NCBI GenBank assembly: GCA_041577335.1
Contig: JBFGJH010000026.1
Span: forward strand, 1-38,757
DNA: 38,757 nt
Reading direction: 5' to 3'
Source: Acidimicrobiia bacterium
Lineage (GTDB): Bacteria > Actinomycetota > Acidimicrobiia > Spongiisociales > JAENVV01
Notes under the pieces: generated by a model
Told to the model about the DNA's origin: nothing
The model's input: the letters and a program-made list of their open reading frames with translations, nothing else
Databases searched by the model: none
Program-made: the position numbers and the translations under genes
Part shown: positions 16,395 through 26,130 of the stretch, piece by piece
How positions within the stretch are numbered: the stretch's first letter is position 1
Layout: each line of letters opens with the position of its first letter

Positions 16395-17360
16395 CTACTC
16401 GGGCTGCTGCAACGAGCGAGCGAACTCGGTGATTTTGGCGGCCGCCTCGCGTCCGTCTCCGATCGGATCCAGAATTCCGTTGTGGGTGGCTGCCGGGATC
16501 ACATACACCTCGGCAACCCATCCCGCGTTGGCCAGGAGGTCGGCGAACAGCTGGCTGGAATCGAGGGGAACGAGGCGATCGCCGGACCCGTGAATGAGCG
16601 TTACCGGAAACAGTGGCGTTTCGACATAGCTCTGCGGGTTGCCGAGCTCCCATGCCTCGGGAACGTCGGCGGGCGCACCGCCGAACCAGGGAGCCATGAA
16701 GACGCCGAGCTCGACGGTGTCGTATGGCCCGGCCAAGCCGACGAGACCGACTACGGTCGGCGTGGCTCGGTCGAGGCAGCGACCAGATGCAAATGCGTCG
16801 CCACTCATCGCAACCGTGGCGCCGAGATGAGCACCGGCCGAGTGACCAACAACGATCACCTCGGATGACCCTCCCAAACCGGGACTGGTGACTGCTGCCG
16901 TGGACATTGCGCAATAGACGTCCTGATAGCTGTGGGGGTAGCCGCCGCCACTCTGACCGTTGAGGTAGGTGGCGTTGTACACGACGGCACCCTGTCCAGC
17001 GAGCGTCCGGGCAAACTCCCTGGTCGTCATCGAATCACCTCCGTACCACGACCCACCATGGAAGAAGACGACGGTGGGGTAGTCGCCTTCGTCGATGGGA
17101 TAGAACACTTCGGCGACCAAGTCGTCCACGACCGCCACTTCTGTTCGGTCGGTGGCGAGGGGCGTAGCTGGTCGCGAACGGGCGGTTGCCGCTTCAGAAG
17201 TCGGCGGCGTCGTGGCAAGCACCGTCGTCGGAGGAGCCGTCGTGGGGGGAACACTCGTGGTTGGCGAAGGTGGATCGGGTTGGGTAGACGGCGCGGGCGC
17301 TGCCACGCACGCCCCTGCGACGAGGGCAACGATCAGTGCTGCGCCGATCTGAGATTTCAT
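16395..17360 (-). CDS. Lipoprotein alpha/beta hydrolase (esterase/lipase)
   Basis: Lipobox-like VAGAC, Pro/Thr linker, HGGSW oxyanion motif, GHSAG nucleophile, HGSGDRLVP, ATH. Confidence 0.85.
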   Translation of the reverse strand: MKSQIGAALIVALVAGACVAAPAPSTQPDPPSPTTSVPPTTAPPTTVLATTPPTSEAATARSRPATPLATDRTEVAVVDDLVAEVFYPIDEGDYPTVVFFHGGSWYGGDSMTTREFARTLAGQGAVVYNATYLNGQSGGGYPHSYQDVYCAMSTAAVTSPGLGGSSEVIVVGHSAGAHLGATVAMSGDAFASGRCLDRATPTVVGLVGLAGPYDTVELGVFMAPWFGGAPADVPEAWELGNPQSYVETPLFPVTLIHGSGDRLVPLDSSQLFADLLANAGWVAEVYVIPAATHNGILDPIGDGREAAAKITEFARSLQQPE

Positions 17361-18208
17361 ACGAGCGTTTCCAGGAGTAGATGGACGGTGAGATTGGTGG
17401 CGTCACCCCACGGCTCTGCGATATCGCGGACGACGCCTTCGTCCAGGATATGATCACTCGTCCGATACGAGAAGCTGACGGCCTTGCGTACTCCCAGATC
17501 ACCCGCCGGGATGATGTTGGCTCTCCCCAAGCAACGGGCCAGCAGCCACTCGGCCGTCCAGCGGCCCACTCCTCGCATCTGGACGAGATGATGAACCGCC
17601 TCCTCGTCGCCCATCTCGGTCACGCCATCGAGCCAGCCGTCCGCCGCGGCACGTGCGATGCTCACGATGTACTCGGCTTTGCGGGTGGTGAATTGCATGG
17701 CGCGTATCTCGGCCGGGTCAGCGACGGCGATGGCATCCGGCGACGGGAACTCGTACACCTCGACTCCGTCGAGCTCGTATCGGCTTCCGTACCGTTCGAC
17801 CAGTCGGCGGCGGGTTGTGAGCGCCCAGGTCAAGTTCACTTGCTGAGCGGTGACAGACGTGATCAGCGACTCAAACGGGTCGACGACGAGGGGAGGTCTA
17901 TGGCCGGGAAATCGTTGGATCAGAGCTCTGACGATCTCGTCGGATTCTGCCAGCCTGAGGAGCGGCTCGCGGGGTAGCGACTCGGCCAGGCGCCAGCGAA
18001 TGTCTTCGACCGCCGCCGTGAGGTCTCCCTCGCCCTCGACGACCATCTCGGGTCCCTCCTGGTGGGCGCGGTAGGCCGTGTCGCCCACCACCCGATACAG
18101 CCAGCCGTCGGTCACAACATTCACAGGATCGAGCCCATGCCGGGTGAAACGCCCGAGCCAGCGGGCGAGGTCGAGAGCGCTTTCGGGAGTCCAGCGAACC
18201 GAACTCAG
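17357..18208 (-). CDS. DNA-3-methyladenine glycosylase II (AlkA-like)
   Basis: DPFESLITSVTAQQV, FTTRKAEYI, HhH RGVGRWTAE and PAGDLGV motifs. The track start is GTG 18124, but the open frame extends to a CTG at 18208 overlapping the pgl stop. Confidence 0.82.
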   Translation of the reverse strand: MSSVRWTPESALDLARWLGRFTRHGLDPVNVVTDGWLYRVVGDTAYRAHQEGPEMVVEGEGDLTAAVEDIRWRLAESLPREPLLRLAESDEIVRALIQRFPGHRPPLVVDPFESLITSVTAQQVNLTWALTTRRRLVERYGSRYELDGVEVYEFPSPDAIAVADPAEIRAMQFTTRKAEYIVSIARAAADGWLDGVTEMGDEEAVHHLVQMRGVGRWTAEWLLARCLGRANIIPAGDLGVRKAVSFSYRTSDHILDEGVVRDIAEPWGDATNLTVHLLLETLV

Positions 18209-18900
18209 GACGTTGCTCCAGTGATCTCGACCGCGGCGGCGGCATCGACGATGAACGTGATGTCGGCGGTGGCGTCTCGCACCAGCCTGCCCGCCGGAAA
18301 CCGGTCGTCGCCGGCGACGACGGCCGCCAGAGCCGACGCCTTGTTGCCTCCACTCACCACGAAGATCAGTTCATCAGAGCTGCTCAAGTAGCCGAGAGTT
18401 GCCGTGACTCGCCACGTGTCTTTGGACTCCACCCAGGAGGCCACGTAGGTACCCGACGCCTCCAGGGCGTCGGTCCCCGGGAACAACGAGGCGGTATGGC
18501 CGTCATCTCCCATGCCCAACAGCACCATCCGCCGGGCCCCCGGGGGCGTTGCCGCCACGATCTGAGCGCCGTATGCAATGGCGGCCTCCTCTGGCGCTCG
18601 GTCGGCGGCGTACGGGAACGGGAGGAACCTCGCAGGGACATGTCGAGCCAGCAAACGGTCAGCCATCCCGGTGTTGGAGTCGGCATGGTCGGGCGGAACC
18701 CAGCGCTCATCGCCCAGCCACAAGACCGTCCGGGACCAGTCGAGCTGAGCGCTCGTGAGTTGCTCGTAGATCGGCTTCGGAGTGCTGCCGCCCGCCAGCC
18801 CGAAGCTGACCGCGCCCGGGCAGTCGGCGTGCCGTTGGCTGATGTGCTCGGCGGCGCGTTGGGTGAGGTGGTCGGAATCTCCGCAGACGATGATCCGCAT
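18205..18900 (-). CDS. pgl: 6-phosphogluconolactonase
   Basis: LAGGSTP, GDERWVPPDHADSN, LLGMGDDGHTASLFPG, RVT, SGGNKA motifs. Confidence 0.93.
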   Translation of the reverse strand: MRIIVCGDSDHLTQRAAEHISQRHADCPGAVSFGLAGGSTPKPIYEQLTSAQLDWSRTVLWLGDERWVPPDHADSNTGMADRLLARHVPARFLPFPYAADRAPEEAAIAYGAQIVAATPPGARRMVLLGMGDDGHTASLFPGTDALEASGTYVASWVESKDTWRVTATLGYLSSSDELIFVVSGGNKASALAAVVAGDDRFPAGRLVRDATADITFIVDAAAAVEITGATS

Positions 18901-18981
18901 GCCCGAAGGGTACCGGGTCCGTGACCAGAGCCGCCATTGGGGCTAATTTGCCGGTGGTCTGCGCGAATTGGAGGTCTCGCC

Positions 18982-19206
18982 TTGGGTACGTTGTTGTTCA
19001 TTTTTGGTGGCGTCTTGGCATTGGTCGGCGCTGTCTGGCTTCTCGTCGAAGCCTTCCGAGTTAACATCTGGTGGGGCCTGGGAACCTTGTTGACCGGAGT
19101 CGTCGGGCTCATCTTCGCCGTGGTGCACTGGGACCGGGGCGGCAGGCCGCTCATCACCGAAGTAGCCGGCATCGTCGTCGCCGCCCTCGGTGCTTCCATG
19201 CGCTGA
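18982..19206 (+). CDS. Small membrane protein
   Basis: TTG start after SD GGAGGT; about 3 hydrophobic segments with a WLLVEAFRVNIWWGL...HW pattern. Confidence 0.65.
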   Translation: MGTLLFIFGGVLALVGAVWLLVEAFRVNIWWGLGTLLTGVVGLIFAVVHWDRGGRPLITEVAGIVVAALGASMR

Positions 19207-19309
19207 TCCCGCTTGCACCGGTTGGGGGCGCGCCGGCAACGGCCCGGCCCGCCTCCGCAATGAGCTGATCAGAATGAGACCAGCGGTTGGGACGCCGTAG
19301 GATGCTGCG

Positions 19310-21037
19310 ATGTCGGTGTTTGCCCCGTACCTCGATGAAATCACAGCTCCCGGGGCGCGCATGGAGATCGTCGAGGAAGTAATCGGCGGAGTTCGTCTGC
19401 GCACGTTTCGGGACCGGCCCCAGCACCTCAGTTTCCTCATCGATCGATCGGGGCGATATCACGATCGTGAGTTCTTGGTGCAAGGCGACGCTCGACTCAC
19501 GTACCACGACGCCATGACGAGGGCTCTTCGGCTCGCGGAAGGCCTCCGCACTCTCTACGGAGTGTCCGGCGGAGATCGAATCGGGATCCTGGGCTCCAAC
19601 GCAGTCGACTGGGTCGTGGCGTTCTGGGCTTGCATCGCCCTGGATGGGATCGTCGTGCCGTTCAACGCTTGGTGGACGGCCGAGGAGTTGGAGTTCGGGA
19701 TCGAAGACTCGAACACCGAGGTGATCATCACCGATGTTCGCCGGGCGAAGGTCGCCATCGAAGCGGGTTTGTCCCCTGACCGCGTGGTCGTCTGGGGCGA
19801 GGAGACCCGTCCCGAGGGGACCCGCTCATTCGACGCTTGCTTGGCAGCCGAGCCGTTGGATCGCACGACCGTCGTGGTCCGGGGCGAAGACGCGGTGGCC
19901 GGCATCTTCTACACCTCGGGAACCACCGGCCGACCCAAAGGCTCCGCCAACACGCATCGCAACGTCATCGCCAATCTCCAAAACGTCACCGCCTTCTTCC
20001 GTGCCGTTGGCGCTCGAAAGGCGGCAGAGGAGCCCGGAGAGGATGCCGGGCCCAAGAGCCAGGACTCCGATCTGACCGTGATCCCGCTCTTCCACACCAC
20101 CGCCCTCATGTCGACGATGATTCCCTACGTCTACGCCGGCCATCGGCTGGTGTTCATGCCGCCCGGTCGATTCGATCCGGAGATCGCGGCACGCCTCATC
20201 GACGCCGAACAAGTCACGCGGTTCGGCGGAGTGCCGACCATCGTGAATCGAATCATCGAATCCGGAGCCGCACGACACGCTGATTTCTCGAGTGTGAAGA
20301 GCATCTCGTATGGCGGGGCGCCGGCGTCACCTGCTCTCCTCGAGAAGATCCAGCGAGCCTTTCCGAGCATCACCGAGCGGGTCGTTCAAGGCTATGGGCT
20401 CACTGAGACGTCGCCTCTGCTGACGCTCAACGTCGGCACCGACTACTTCGACCATCCCGGCTCGGTGGGTGTCCCATTGCCGACGGTGGAGCTCCGCATC
20501 GCCGACGATGAGGGTAAACCGCTCCCGCCACGAACGGCCGGTGAGATCAGGGCCCGCGGCCCGAACGTGATCCAGGGCTACTGGAATCGGCCGGAGGTGA
20601 ACGCCGAGATGTTCGTCGATGGGTTCTTCCGGACCGGTGACATCGGATACCTGGACGACGACGGGTTTCTGTACATCACCGATCGGATAAAGGATGTGGT
20701 GATCCGCGGCGGGGAAAACGTCTACTGCGTGGAGGTAGAAGCGGTGCTCGAGTCGCACCCATCGGTCCATGAAGCAGCGGTGGTTGGGGTCCCCCACGAG
20801 GACCTCGGCGAAGAGGTGAAGGCCATTGTGGTGCTCGAGGACGGGCATGACGTCGATGAGGACATCCTGGCAACTCATGCCGGCCTCCACCTTGCCTCGT
20901 TCAAGGTGCCAAGCCTATGGGAGGTTCGCTCCGTGCCGTTGCCCCGCAACCCATCTGGCAAGGTGCTCAAGCAGGCTCTGCGAGGCGGCGAGTCGGCGGT
21001 CTTTGCGGTGGGCAGCGACACGGACTCGGCATTGTGA
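19310..21037 (+). CDS. Class I adenylate-forming enzyme (long-chain acyl-CoA ligase-like)
   Basis: YTSGTTGRPKG, PLFH, QGYGLTET, FRTGDIG, DRIKDVVIRGGEN, PRNPSGKVLK motifs. Confidence 0.93.
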   Translation: MSVFAPYLDEITAPGARMEIVEEVIGGVRLRTFRDRPQHLSFLIDRSGRYHDREFLVQGDARLTYHDAMTRALRLAEGLRTLYGVSGGDRIGILGSNAVDWVVAFWACIALDGIVVPFNAWWTAEELEFGIEDSNTEVIITDVRRAKVAIEAGLSPDRVVVWGEETRPEGTRSFDACLAAEPLDRTTVVVRGEDAVAGIFYTSGTTGRPKGSANTHRNVIANLQNVTAFFRAVGARKAAEEPGEDAGPKSQDSDLTVIPLFHTTALMSTMIPYVYAGHRLVFMPPGRFDPEIAARLIDAEQVTRFGGVPTIVNRIIESGAARHADFSSVKSISYGGAPASPALLEKIQRAFPSITERVVQGYGLTETSPLLTLNVGTDYFDHPGSVGVPLPTVELRIADDEGKPLPPRTAGEIRARGPNVIQGYWNRPEVNAEMFVDGFFRTGDIGYLDDDGFLYITDRIKDVVIRGGENVYCVEVEAVLESHPSVHEAAVVGVPHEDLGEEVKAIVVLEDGHDVDEDILATHAGLHLASFKVPSLWEVRSVPLPRNPSGKVLKQALRGGESAVFAVGSDTDSAL

Positions 21038-21693
21038 AGACGACGAGTGTTTCGATTCCCTGGTCAGCCGACCAAGCCGTGACAGGGCGCTTGATCGGCG
21101 GATCGTTGGCGCCTGGCGTGCTGCTGGCTCACGGCGCAGGCACCGATCAAGATCACACCTCGATCGTTCGGCTGAGAGATGGGATCGCCGCCGCCGGCTA
21201 TCCGGTCCTCACGTTCAACTATCCCTACACCGAGCGTGGCGGACGCCGGCCTGATCCCCAGCAACGCCTGCTCACCTGTCATCGAGCGGTGGTCGAATGG
21301 TTCTGTGACAACGTCGCCCAGACCGTGGTCGGGGCCGGGCGGTCCATGGGCGGCCGCATGGCTACCTACCTCGCCGCGGAAGGAATGCCGTTCGTCGGCC
21401 TCATCCTGTTCGCGTATCCACTCCATCCGGCCGGCAAGCCCGATCGCCTCCGAAAAGACCACCTCGCCGACGTGAGATGTCCCATGTTGTTCATCGTTGG
21501 GACCCGCGACCCGTTGTCGACCATGGCGCTGTTCGATCAATGGATCCGACCGCTCCCTCAGGCAGCGGTCGTTGAGATCGAAGACGGAGATCATTCGTTT
21601 CGGGTGAGAAAGTCGAGCGGGCGGACCAATGAAGAGGCTCAGGCCGAGATAGCGGCTGCCGCTGTCGATTGGTTGGCGTCGCTCGAGCGCTAG
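21034..21693 (+). CDS. Alpha/beta hydrolase (KANL3/Tex30-like)
   Basis: LAHGAG, GRSMGGR, YPLHP, GTRD and GDHSF motifs; GTGA overlap with the ligase stop. Confidence 0.85.
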   Translation: MKTTSVSIPWSADQAVTGRLIGGSLAPGVLLAHGAGTDQDHTSIVRLRDGIAAAGYPVLTFNYPYTERGGRRPDPQQRLLTCHRAVVEWFCDNVAQTVVGAGRSMGGRMATYLAAEGMPFVGLILFAYPLHPAGKPDRLRKDHLADVRCPMLFIVGTRDPLSTMALFDQWIRPLPQAAVVEIEDGDHSFRVRKSSGRTNEEAQAEIAAAAVDWLASLER

Positions 21694-21700
21694 GCCAATC

Positions 21701-22144
21701 TCAGCCCTGTTCGAGGGCCAGAACTTTGTTGAGTCGGCGGATGAAGCGTTCTTCGCGTTGGAATTGTGCAGTCAGGAACGAATCGACGACTTCGTTGGCG
21801 ACTTCGACCCCGACGACTCGGCTTCCGAGGCAGAGGACGTTGGCGTCGTCATGTTCGACTGCTTGGTGGGCCGTGTAGACGTCGGTTCCTTGCAGCGCTC
21901 GGACCCCCTTGATCTTGTTGGCGGCGATAGCGGCACCGGCGCCAGAGCCGCACACGACGATCCCACGTTCTGCGCGTCCGTCGGCCACTGCGTTTCCGAC
22001 TGCGGCTGCGAAGTCGGGGTAGTCGACCGACTCTCGTGAGTGGGTGCCGAAGTCGGTAACGGCGTGGCCGACGTCGGCCAGCCGCCTGGCGAGATGATCT
22101 TTGAGCTCATAACCGGCGTGGTCGGCTCCGATGGCAATTCGCAC
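21701..22144 (-). CDS. rpiB: Ribose-5-phosphate isomerase B (canonical, no N-terminal extension)
   Basis: GTG start after AGAGGA; IAIGADHAG, VDYPD, VCGSGAG, EHDDANVL motifs. Confidence 0.93.
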   Translation of the reverse strand: MRIAIGADHAGYELKDHLARRLADVGHAVTDFGTHSRESVDYPDFAAAVGNAVADGRAERGIVVCGSGAGAAIAANKIKGVRALQGTDVYTAHQAVEHDDANVLCLGSRVVGVEVANEVVDSFLTAQFQREERFIRRLNKVLALEQG

Positions 22145-22226
22145 GTGTCGTCCTCTCTGAACGCTCTTCACGTTAGCCGCAGGCCAGGTTGTTCCTGATG
22201 ATGGGTGCCCGTCGTACACTGCGGAC

Positions 22227-23492
22227 GTGGAACAGATCGTGGTGACCGGCGGAACCCCCTTGACCGGTTCGGTGGCGGTGCTCGGCGCCAAGAACGCAGT
22301 GCTCAAGGAAATGCCGGTGATGTTGCTCGCCTCTGGCGCCCATCGGCTCGAAAACGTGCCCAACATCCTGGATGTCCGGCTCATGTGCGACGTGCTCCGT
22401 CACATCGGAGCGGACTGCTCTATCGAAGGAAATGTTCTCGATGTGACCGTCCCCGACACGCTGCGCCCCGAGGCGCCTCTGGAGCTGGTCCGGCAGATGC
22501 GGGCATCGATCATCGTGCTCGGTCCCCTCTTGGCCCGATGCGGCACGGCTCGGGTGGCATTCCCGGGCGGCGATGATCTGGGGGCGCGACCGATCGACAT
22601 GCATTTGGACGCCCTGCGCAAGATGGGTGCCGAATTCGAGCTGCAACACGGCGTCCTCACCGGGACCGTCGACGGGCGGTTGCGTGGCACGACGATCGAT
22701 CTCGATTTTCCCAGTGTCGGAGCCACTGAGAATGTGCTGATGGCCGCCGTGCTCGCAGATGGAACGACTGTGGTGAACAATGCCGCTCGCGAGCCCGAGA
22801 TCCAAGATATCTGCCTCCAGCTGGTCGAGATGGGAGCAGTGATCGAGGGAGCGGGAACCGCCTCGATCGTGATAACCGGGGTTGATGCTCTCACTCCGTC
22901 GAACCATCGGGTGGTTCCTGACCGACTCGAGGCAGGCACATACGCTGTCGCCAGTGCGATTTCGGGCGGGGATGTCGTCGTGGAGGATTGCCAGCCCGAG
23001 CACCTCCGGATGGAGCTGCGCAAGCTCGAAGAGGCAGGTTGCGAGATAGAGCGGTTGGAGACGTCGTTCCGCATCGCCGGGCCGAAACGACCGCGAGCTG
23101 TCGATTTCGCCACGCTTCCGTTTCCTGGGTTCCACACTGATATGCAGCCCCAGATGGTTGCCCTTCTCGCCATCGCCGAGGGCACGTCGATCGTGACCGA
23201 GAACCTGTACGACGCTCGATTCCGCTACATCGGGGAGCTGGCCCGCATGGGGGCCGATATCACCACCGAGTGGCAGCATGCCGTGATTCGGGGCGTACCG
23301 CGGTTGTCAGGGTGCCCGGTTCTCGCCTTCGACATCCGCGCCGGAGCTGCCCTCGTGTTGGCCGGCCTGGCCGCCGACGGATACACGACCATTGGCGACG
23401 TTCATCACATCGATCGGGGTTACGACGGATTCGTCCCAAAGCTGGCAGCTCTGGGCGCCGACGTTGCCCGCCTAACCGTCGAGGATCGGTGA
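22227..23492 (+). CDS. murA: UDP-N-acetylglucosamine 1-carboxyvinyltransferase (Asp variant)
   Basis: GAKNA, MRAS, PGGDDLGARPIDMH, SVGATEN, AAREPE, PDRLEAGT, FHTDMQ, DIRAGAAL, IDRGY motifs. Confidence 0.96.
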   Translation: MEQIVVTGGTPLTGSVAVLGAKNAVLKEMPVMLLASGAHRLENVPNILDVRLMCDVLRHIGADCSIEGNVLDVTVPDTLRPEAPLELVRQMRASIIVLGPLLARCGTARVAFPGGDDLGARPIDMHLDALRKMGAEFELQHGVLTGTVDGRLRGTTIDLDFPSVGATENVLMAAVLADGTTVVNNAAREPEIQDICLQLVEMGAVIEGAGTASIVITGVDALTPSNHRVVPDRLEAGTYAVASAISGGDVVVEDCQPEHLRMELRKLEEAGCEIERLETSFRIAGPKRPRAVDFATLPFPGFHTDMQPQMVALLAIAEGTSIVTENLYDARFRYIGELARMGADITTEWQHAVIRGVPRLSGCPVLAFDIRAGAALVLAGLAADGYTTIGDVHHIDRGYDGFVPKLAALGADVARLTVEDR

Positions 23493-23593
23493 GATGGCAG
23501 GCTCCCGCCGGGTACTCGGTTTCTGAGTAGGGTCATCGCCCGGATACACTGCCGGGGAACAACAGCATTCGATCACTGGTTGAACTACCCGAA

Positions 23594-23860
23594 ATGACGA
23601 ACGAGCTCACATTGCGACAAGGCCCGACCGAGGACGTCGATCTGGACGTGCTCGAGTCCACTTTGGAGTACATCCGACCTGCCCTTCAAGCTGACGGCGG
23701 CGACCTGGTGCTACTCGGCGTGGACGAAGGAGTCGTCAACCTCCAGATGGTAGGTGCCTGCGGAGGCTGCCCGATGTCGATGATGACGCTCAAAGCGGGC
23801 ATCGAACGCATCTTGCAGGATCGCGTGCCAGGCGTCGTAGGCGTCGAAGCCACCGCCTGA
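23594..23860 (+). CDS. NifU/NfuA C-terminal domain Fe-S carrier protein
   Basis: IRPALQADGGD, GACGGCPMS and TLKAGIER motifs. Confidence 0.9.
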   Translation: MTNELTLRQGPTEDVDLDVLESTLEYIRPALQADGGDLVLLGVDEGVVNLQMVGACGGCPMSMMTLKAGIERILQDRVPGVVGVEATA

Positions 23861-23898
23861 TCCCAGACGGCGACTGTCGGTCGTTAGGCTCCCCGGCC

Positions 23899-24816
23899 AT
23901 GAGTTCCCTCCTCGACCGCGCCATGTCAGGTGATCGTCGGGCACTGGCCCGACTCATCTCTGCGGTAGAGGCCGGTGCCGCTCCCGGCCATGACGCGATC
24001 GCCGCCTCGTATCCGCAGACAGGGCGCGCTCACGTCATCGGCATCACCGGTGCTCCGGGCGCCGGAAAGTCGACTATCACCAACGCTCTCGTCCGGCGTA
24101 TTCGCAATGCAGGCCAAGAGGTGGCGGTCGTCGCCGTGGACCCGTCGAGCCCATTCACCGGCGGAGCCATTCTCGGCGATCGCATCCGTATGCAGGATCA
24201 CATCAGCGACGCCGGCGTCTACATCCGGTCGATGGGGAGCCGAGGTCACCTCGGCGGTGTCGCCGAAACCACGCCTCAGGTGGTTGCGCTGCTCGACGGC
24301 ATCGGCTTTCCGGTGATCATCATCGAGACGGTGGGTGTTGGCCAGGCCGAGGTGGAAATCGTCGATGCCGCCGATACGACGATCGTCGTTCTGACGCCGG
24401 GTTGGGGAGACAGTGTCCAGGCCAACAAGGCCGGGTTGCTCGAGATCAGCGACGTTTTCGCCGTCAACAAGGCCGATCGGCCGGGCCTCGAAGGAACCGT
24501 CAACGACCTGAAACAGATGTTGATGCTTGGCGCCGAAACGCCGTGGACTCCGCCGATCGTGCCTACGGTCGCCGTCGACGACGAGGGGATTGCCGAGTTG
24601 GCGACCGCCATTGCGGGCCATTGGTCGTTCCTCGAATCCACCGGGCGGCTCGAGCAGGTGCGGGCTCACCGCATCGAGGGATCGTTTCGGAGCTCGGTGG
24701 CCCGCGCCTACGAACGCCGGGTAGTGGAAACCGACCTCTACCGCGCCGCCGTGGATCGGGTCCGGCGCCGAGAGACCGATCCATGGAGCGCCGCCCGCGC
24801 CTTCGTCGCCGGGTAG
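23899..24816 (+). CDS. meaB: Methylmalonyl-CoA mutase-associated GTPase MeaB/ArgK
   Basis: GITGAPGAGKST, VDPSSPFTGGAILGDRIRM, ETVGVGQ, NKAD motifs. Confidence 0.92.
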   Translation: MSSLLDRAMSGDRRALARLISAVEAGAAPGHDAIAASYPQTGRAHVIGITGAPGAGKSTITNALVRRIRNAGQEVAVVAVDPSSPFTGGAILGDRIRMQDHISDAGVYIRSMGSRGHLGGVAETTPQVVALLDGIGFPVIIIETVGVGQAEVEIVDAADTTIVVLTPGWGDSVQANKAGLLEISDVFAVNKADRPGLEGTVNDLKQMLMLGAETPWTPPIVPTVAVDDEGIAELATAIAGHWSFLESTGRLEQVRAHRIEGSFRSSVARAYERRVVETDLYRAAVDRVRRRETDPWSAARAFVAG

Positions 24817-24859
24817 GGTCGGCCGCATCACCGGAACGAATACCGAGGAGCGGAGTCGC

Positions 24860-25627
24860 ATGTCGTTGGTCGAATTCAGTCGCGATGGAGCGGTGGGTCT
24901 CATTCAGCTGAATCGCCCGCCGGTGAATGCGCTCTCAGAAGCCCTGGCCGTCGATCTCGGCGAGGCGATCGGCGCCGCCGAGGATCCTGGTGTTCGAGCG
25001 GTGGTCATCTATGGCGAGCCGCACTTTGCAGCCGGAGCCGACATCAAGGGCTTCCAGGTTGCGTACGACTCGGGTGTGCAAGACGAGTTGGCATCTTCAC
25101 TGGCGACCGTGTTCCGACGACTGGAAAGGCTCGAGAAGCCGACCATCGCAGCCATTCGCGGCTTTGCTCTTGGCGGCGGCCTCGAGTTGGCGATGACCGC
25201 CGATTTTCGATATCTGTCGGAGGACGCCAAGGTCGGCCAGCCCGAAATTCTGCTGGGCATCATTCCTGGGGCGGGAGGCACACAGCGCCTTCCCAGGCTG
25301 GTCGGATTCCAGGTCGCCAAGGAGATGAACTTCTCCGGACGCCAGGTCGACGCGGCTGAAGCCTTGCGGATCGGGCTCGCCGACAAGGTGGTTCCTGTCG
25401 ACCAGGTGCTGTCGGAGGCCATGGGCGACGCAGCCGAATGGGCCACCAAGGCCACCCGGGGTCTCAGCGCTGTGAAGAGGGCGATGGGAGAGGGTTGGGG
25501 CCGCCCGATCGACGACGCCATGGCCGTCGAGGCGGACGCGTTTCAAGAGGTGTTCTTCACCGATGACGCCAAAGAGGGAGTGGCGGCGTTCATCGAGAAG
25601 CGTTCGGCCGACTTCGAAGGGCGCTAG
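24860..25627 (+). CDS. Enoyl-CoA hydratase/isomerase
   Basis: FAAGADI, ALGGGLELA, GQPEILLGIIPGAGGTQRL motifs. Confidence 0.92.
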   Translation: MSLVEFSRDGAVGLIQLNRPPVNALSEALAVDLGEAIGAAEDPGVRAVVIYGEPHFAAGADIKGFQVAYDSGVQDELASSLATVFRRLERLEKPTIAAIRGFALGGGLELAMTADFRYLSEDAKVGQPEILLGIIPGAGGTQRLPRLVGFQVAKEMNFSGRQVDAAEALRIGLADKVVPVDQVLSEAMGDAAEWATKATRGLSAVKRAMGEGWGRPIDDAMAVEADAFQEVFFTDDAKEGVAAFIEKRSADFEGR

Positions 25628-26064
25628 CCCTCCCTTTCGACCCTGGCCTTGAGCCGTTCGAGGTTTCCTCGCCACACTGCCTGCAGGACCCGCCCACTGA
25701 TGGGCCTGCCCAGGTTTCCGCCGAAGTACCAAGGTAGGTCGAGCTGCTCTTCCCATGTGAATCGGGTCTGGTTTGGGCCCAGTTCTTCGAGCAGAAAACG
25801 CCCCGTCCCGGTGACGACACCGCGGTGAACGACTCCGATTTCGGTCCCGTCTACCCACGACGTGATCTCGATGACGTCGGTCGTCGCCAAAGGGCCGATC
25901 TTGGTGAGCACGTTCATCGTCGTGCCAACGCCGGTCCGCTGCTCGCCCTCGAAATCGATACGGTCGGCATCGCGCATCCATTCGACATGTGAGGCGAGGT
26001 CAGCAGCCTCGTCCCACACCCGATCGAGGGGTGCGTCGATATCGACGGAAATTCTGATTGCCAT
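25624..26064 (-). CDS. SRPBCC (START-like) family protein
   Basis: ISVDIDAPLDRVW...W, GVGT, TRFTWEE, C-terminal helix NLERLKA. Confidence 0.82.
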   Translation of the reverse strand: MAIRISVDIDAPLDRVWDEAADLASHVEWMRDADRIDFEGEQRTGVGTTMNVLTKIGPLATTDVIEITSWVDGTEIGVVHRGVVTGTGRFLLEELGPNQTRFTWEEQLDLPWYFGGNLGRPISGRVLQAVWRGNLERLKARVEREG

Positions 26065-26130
26065 GTACCCATGCTACGGAGCCACGGGCCTGTTCGTATG
26101 TAGCGGCCCGGTCCGTGGCACAATTTGGGG

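Noticed and set aside
17150..17300. Repetitive-looking GC-rich stretch (similar one at about 35150-35240)
   Set aside because: Encodes Pro/Thr-rich lipoprotein linkers; not a DNA repeat array or CRISPR.
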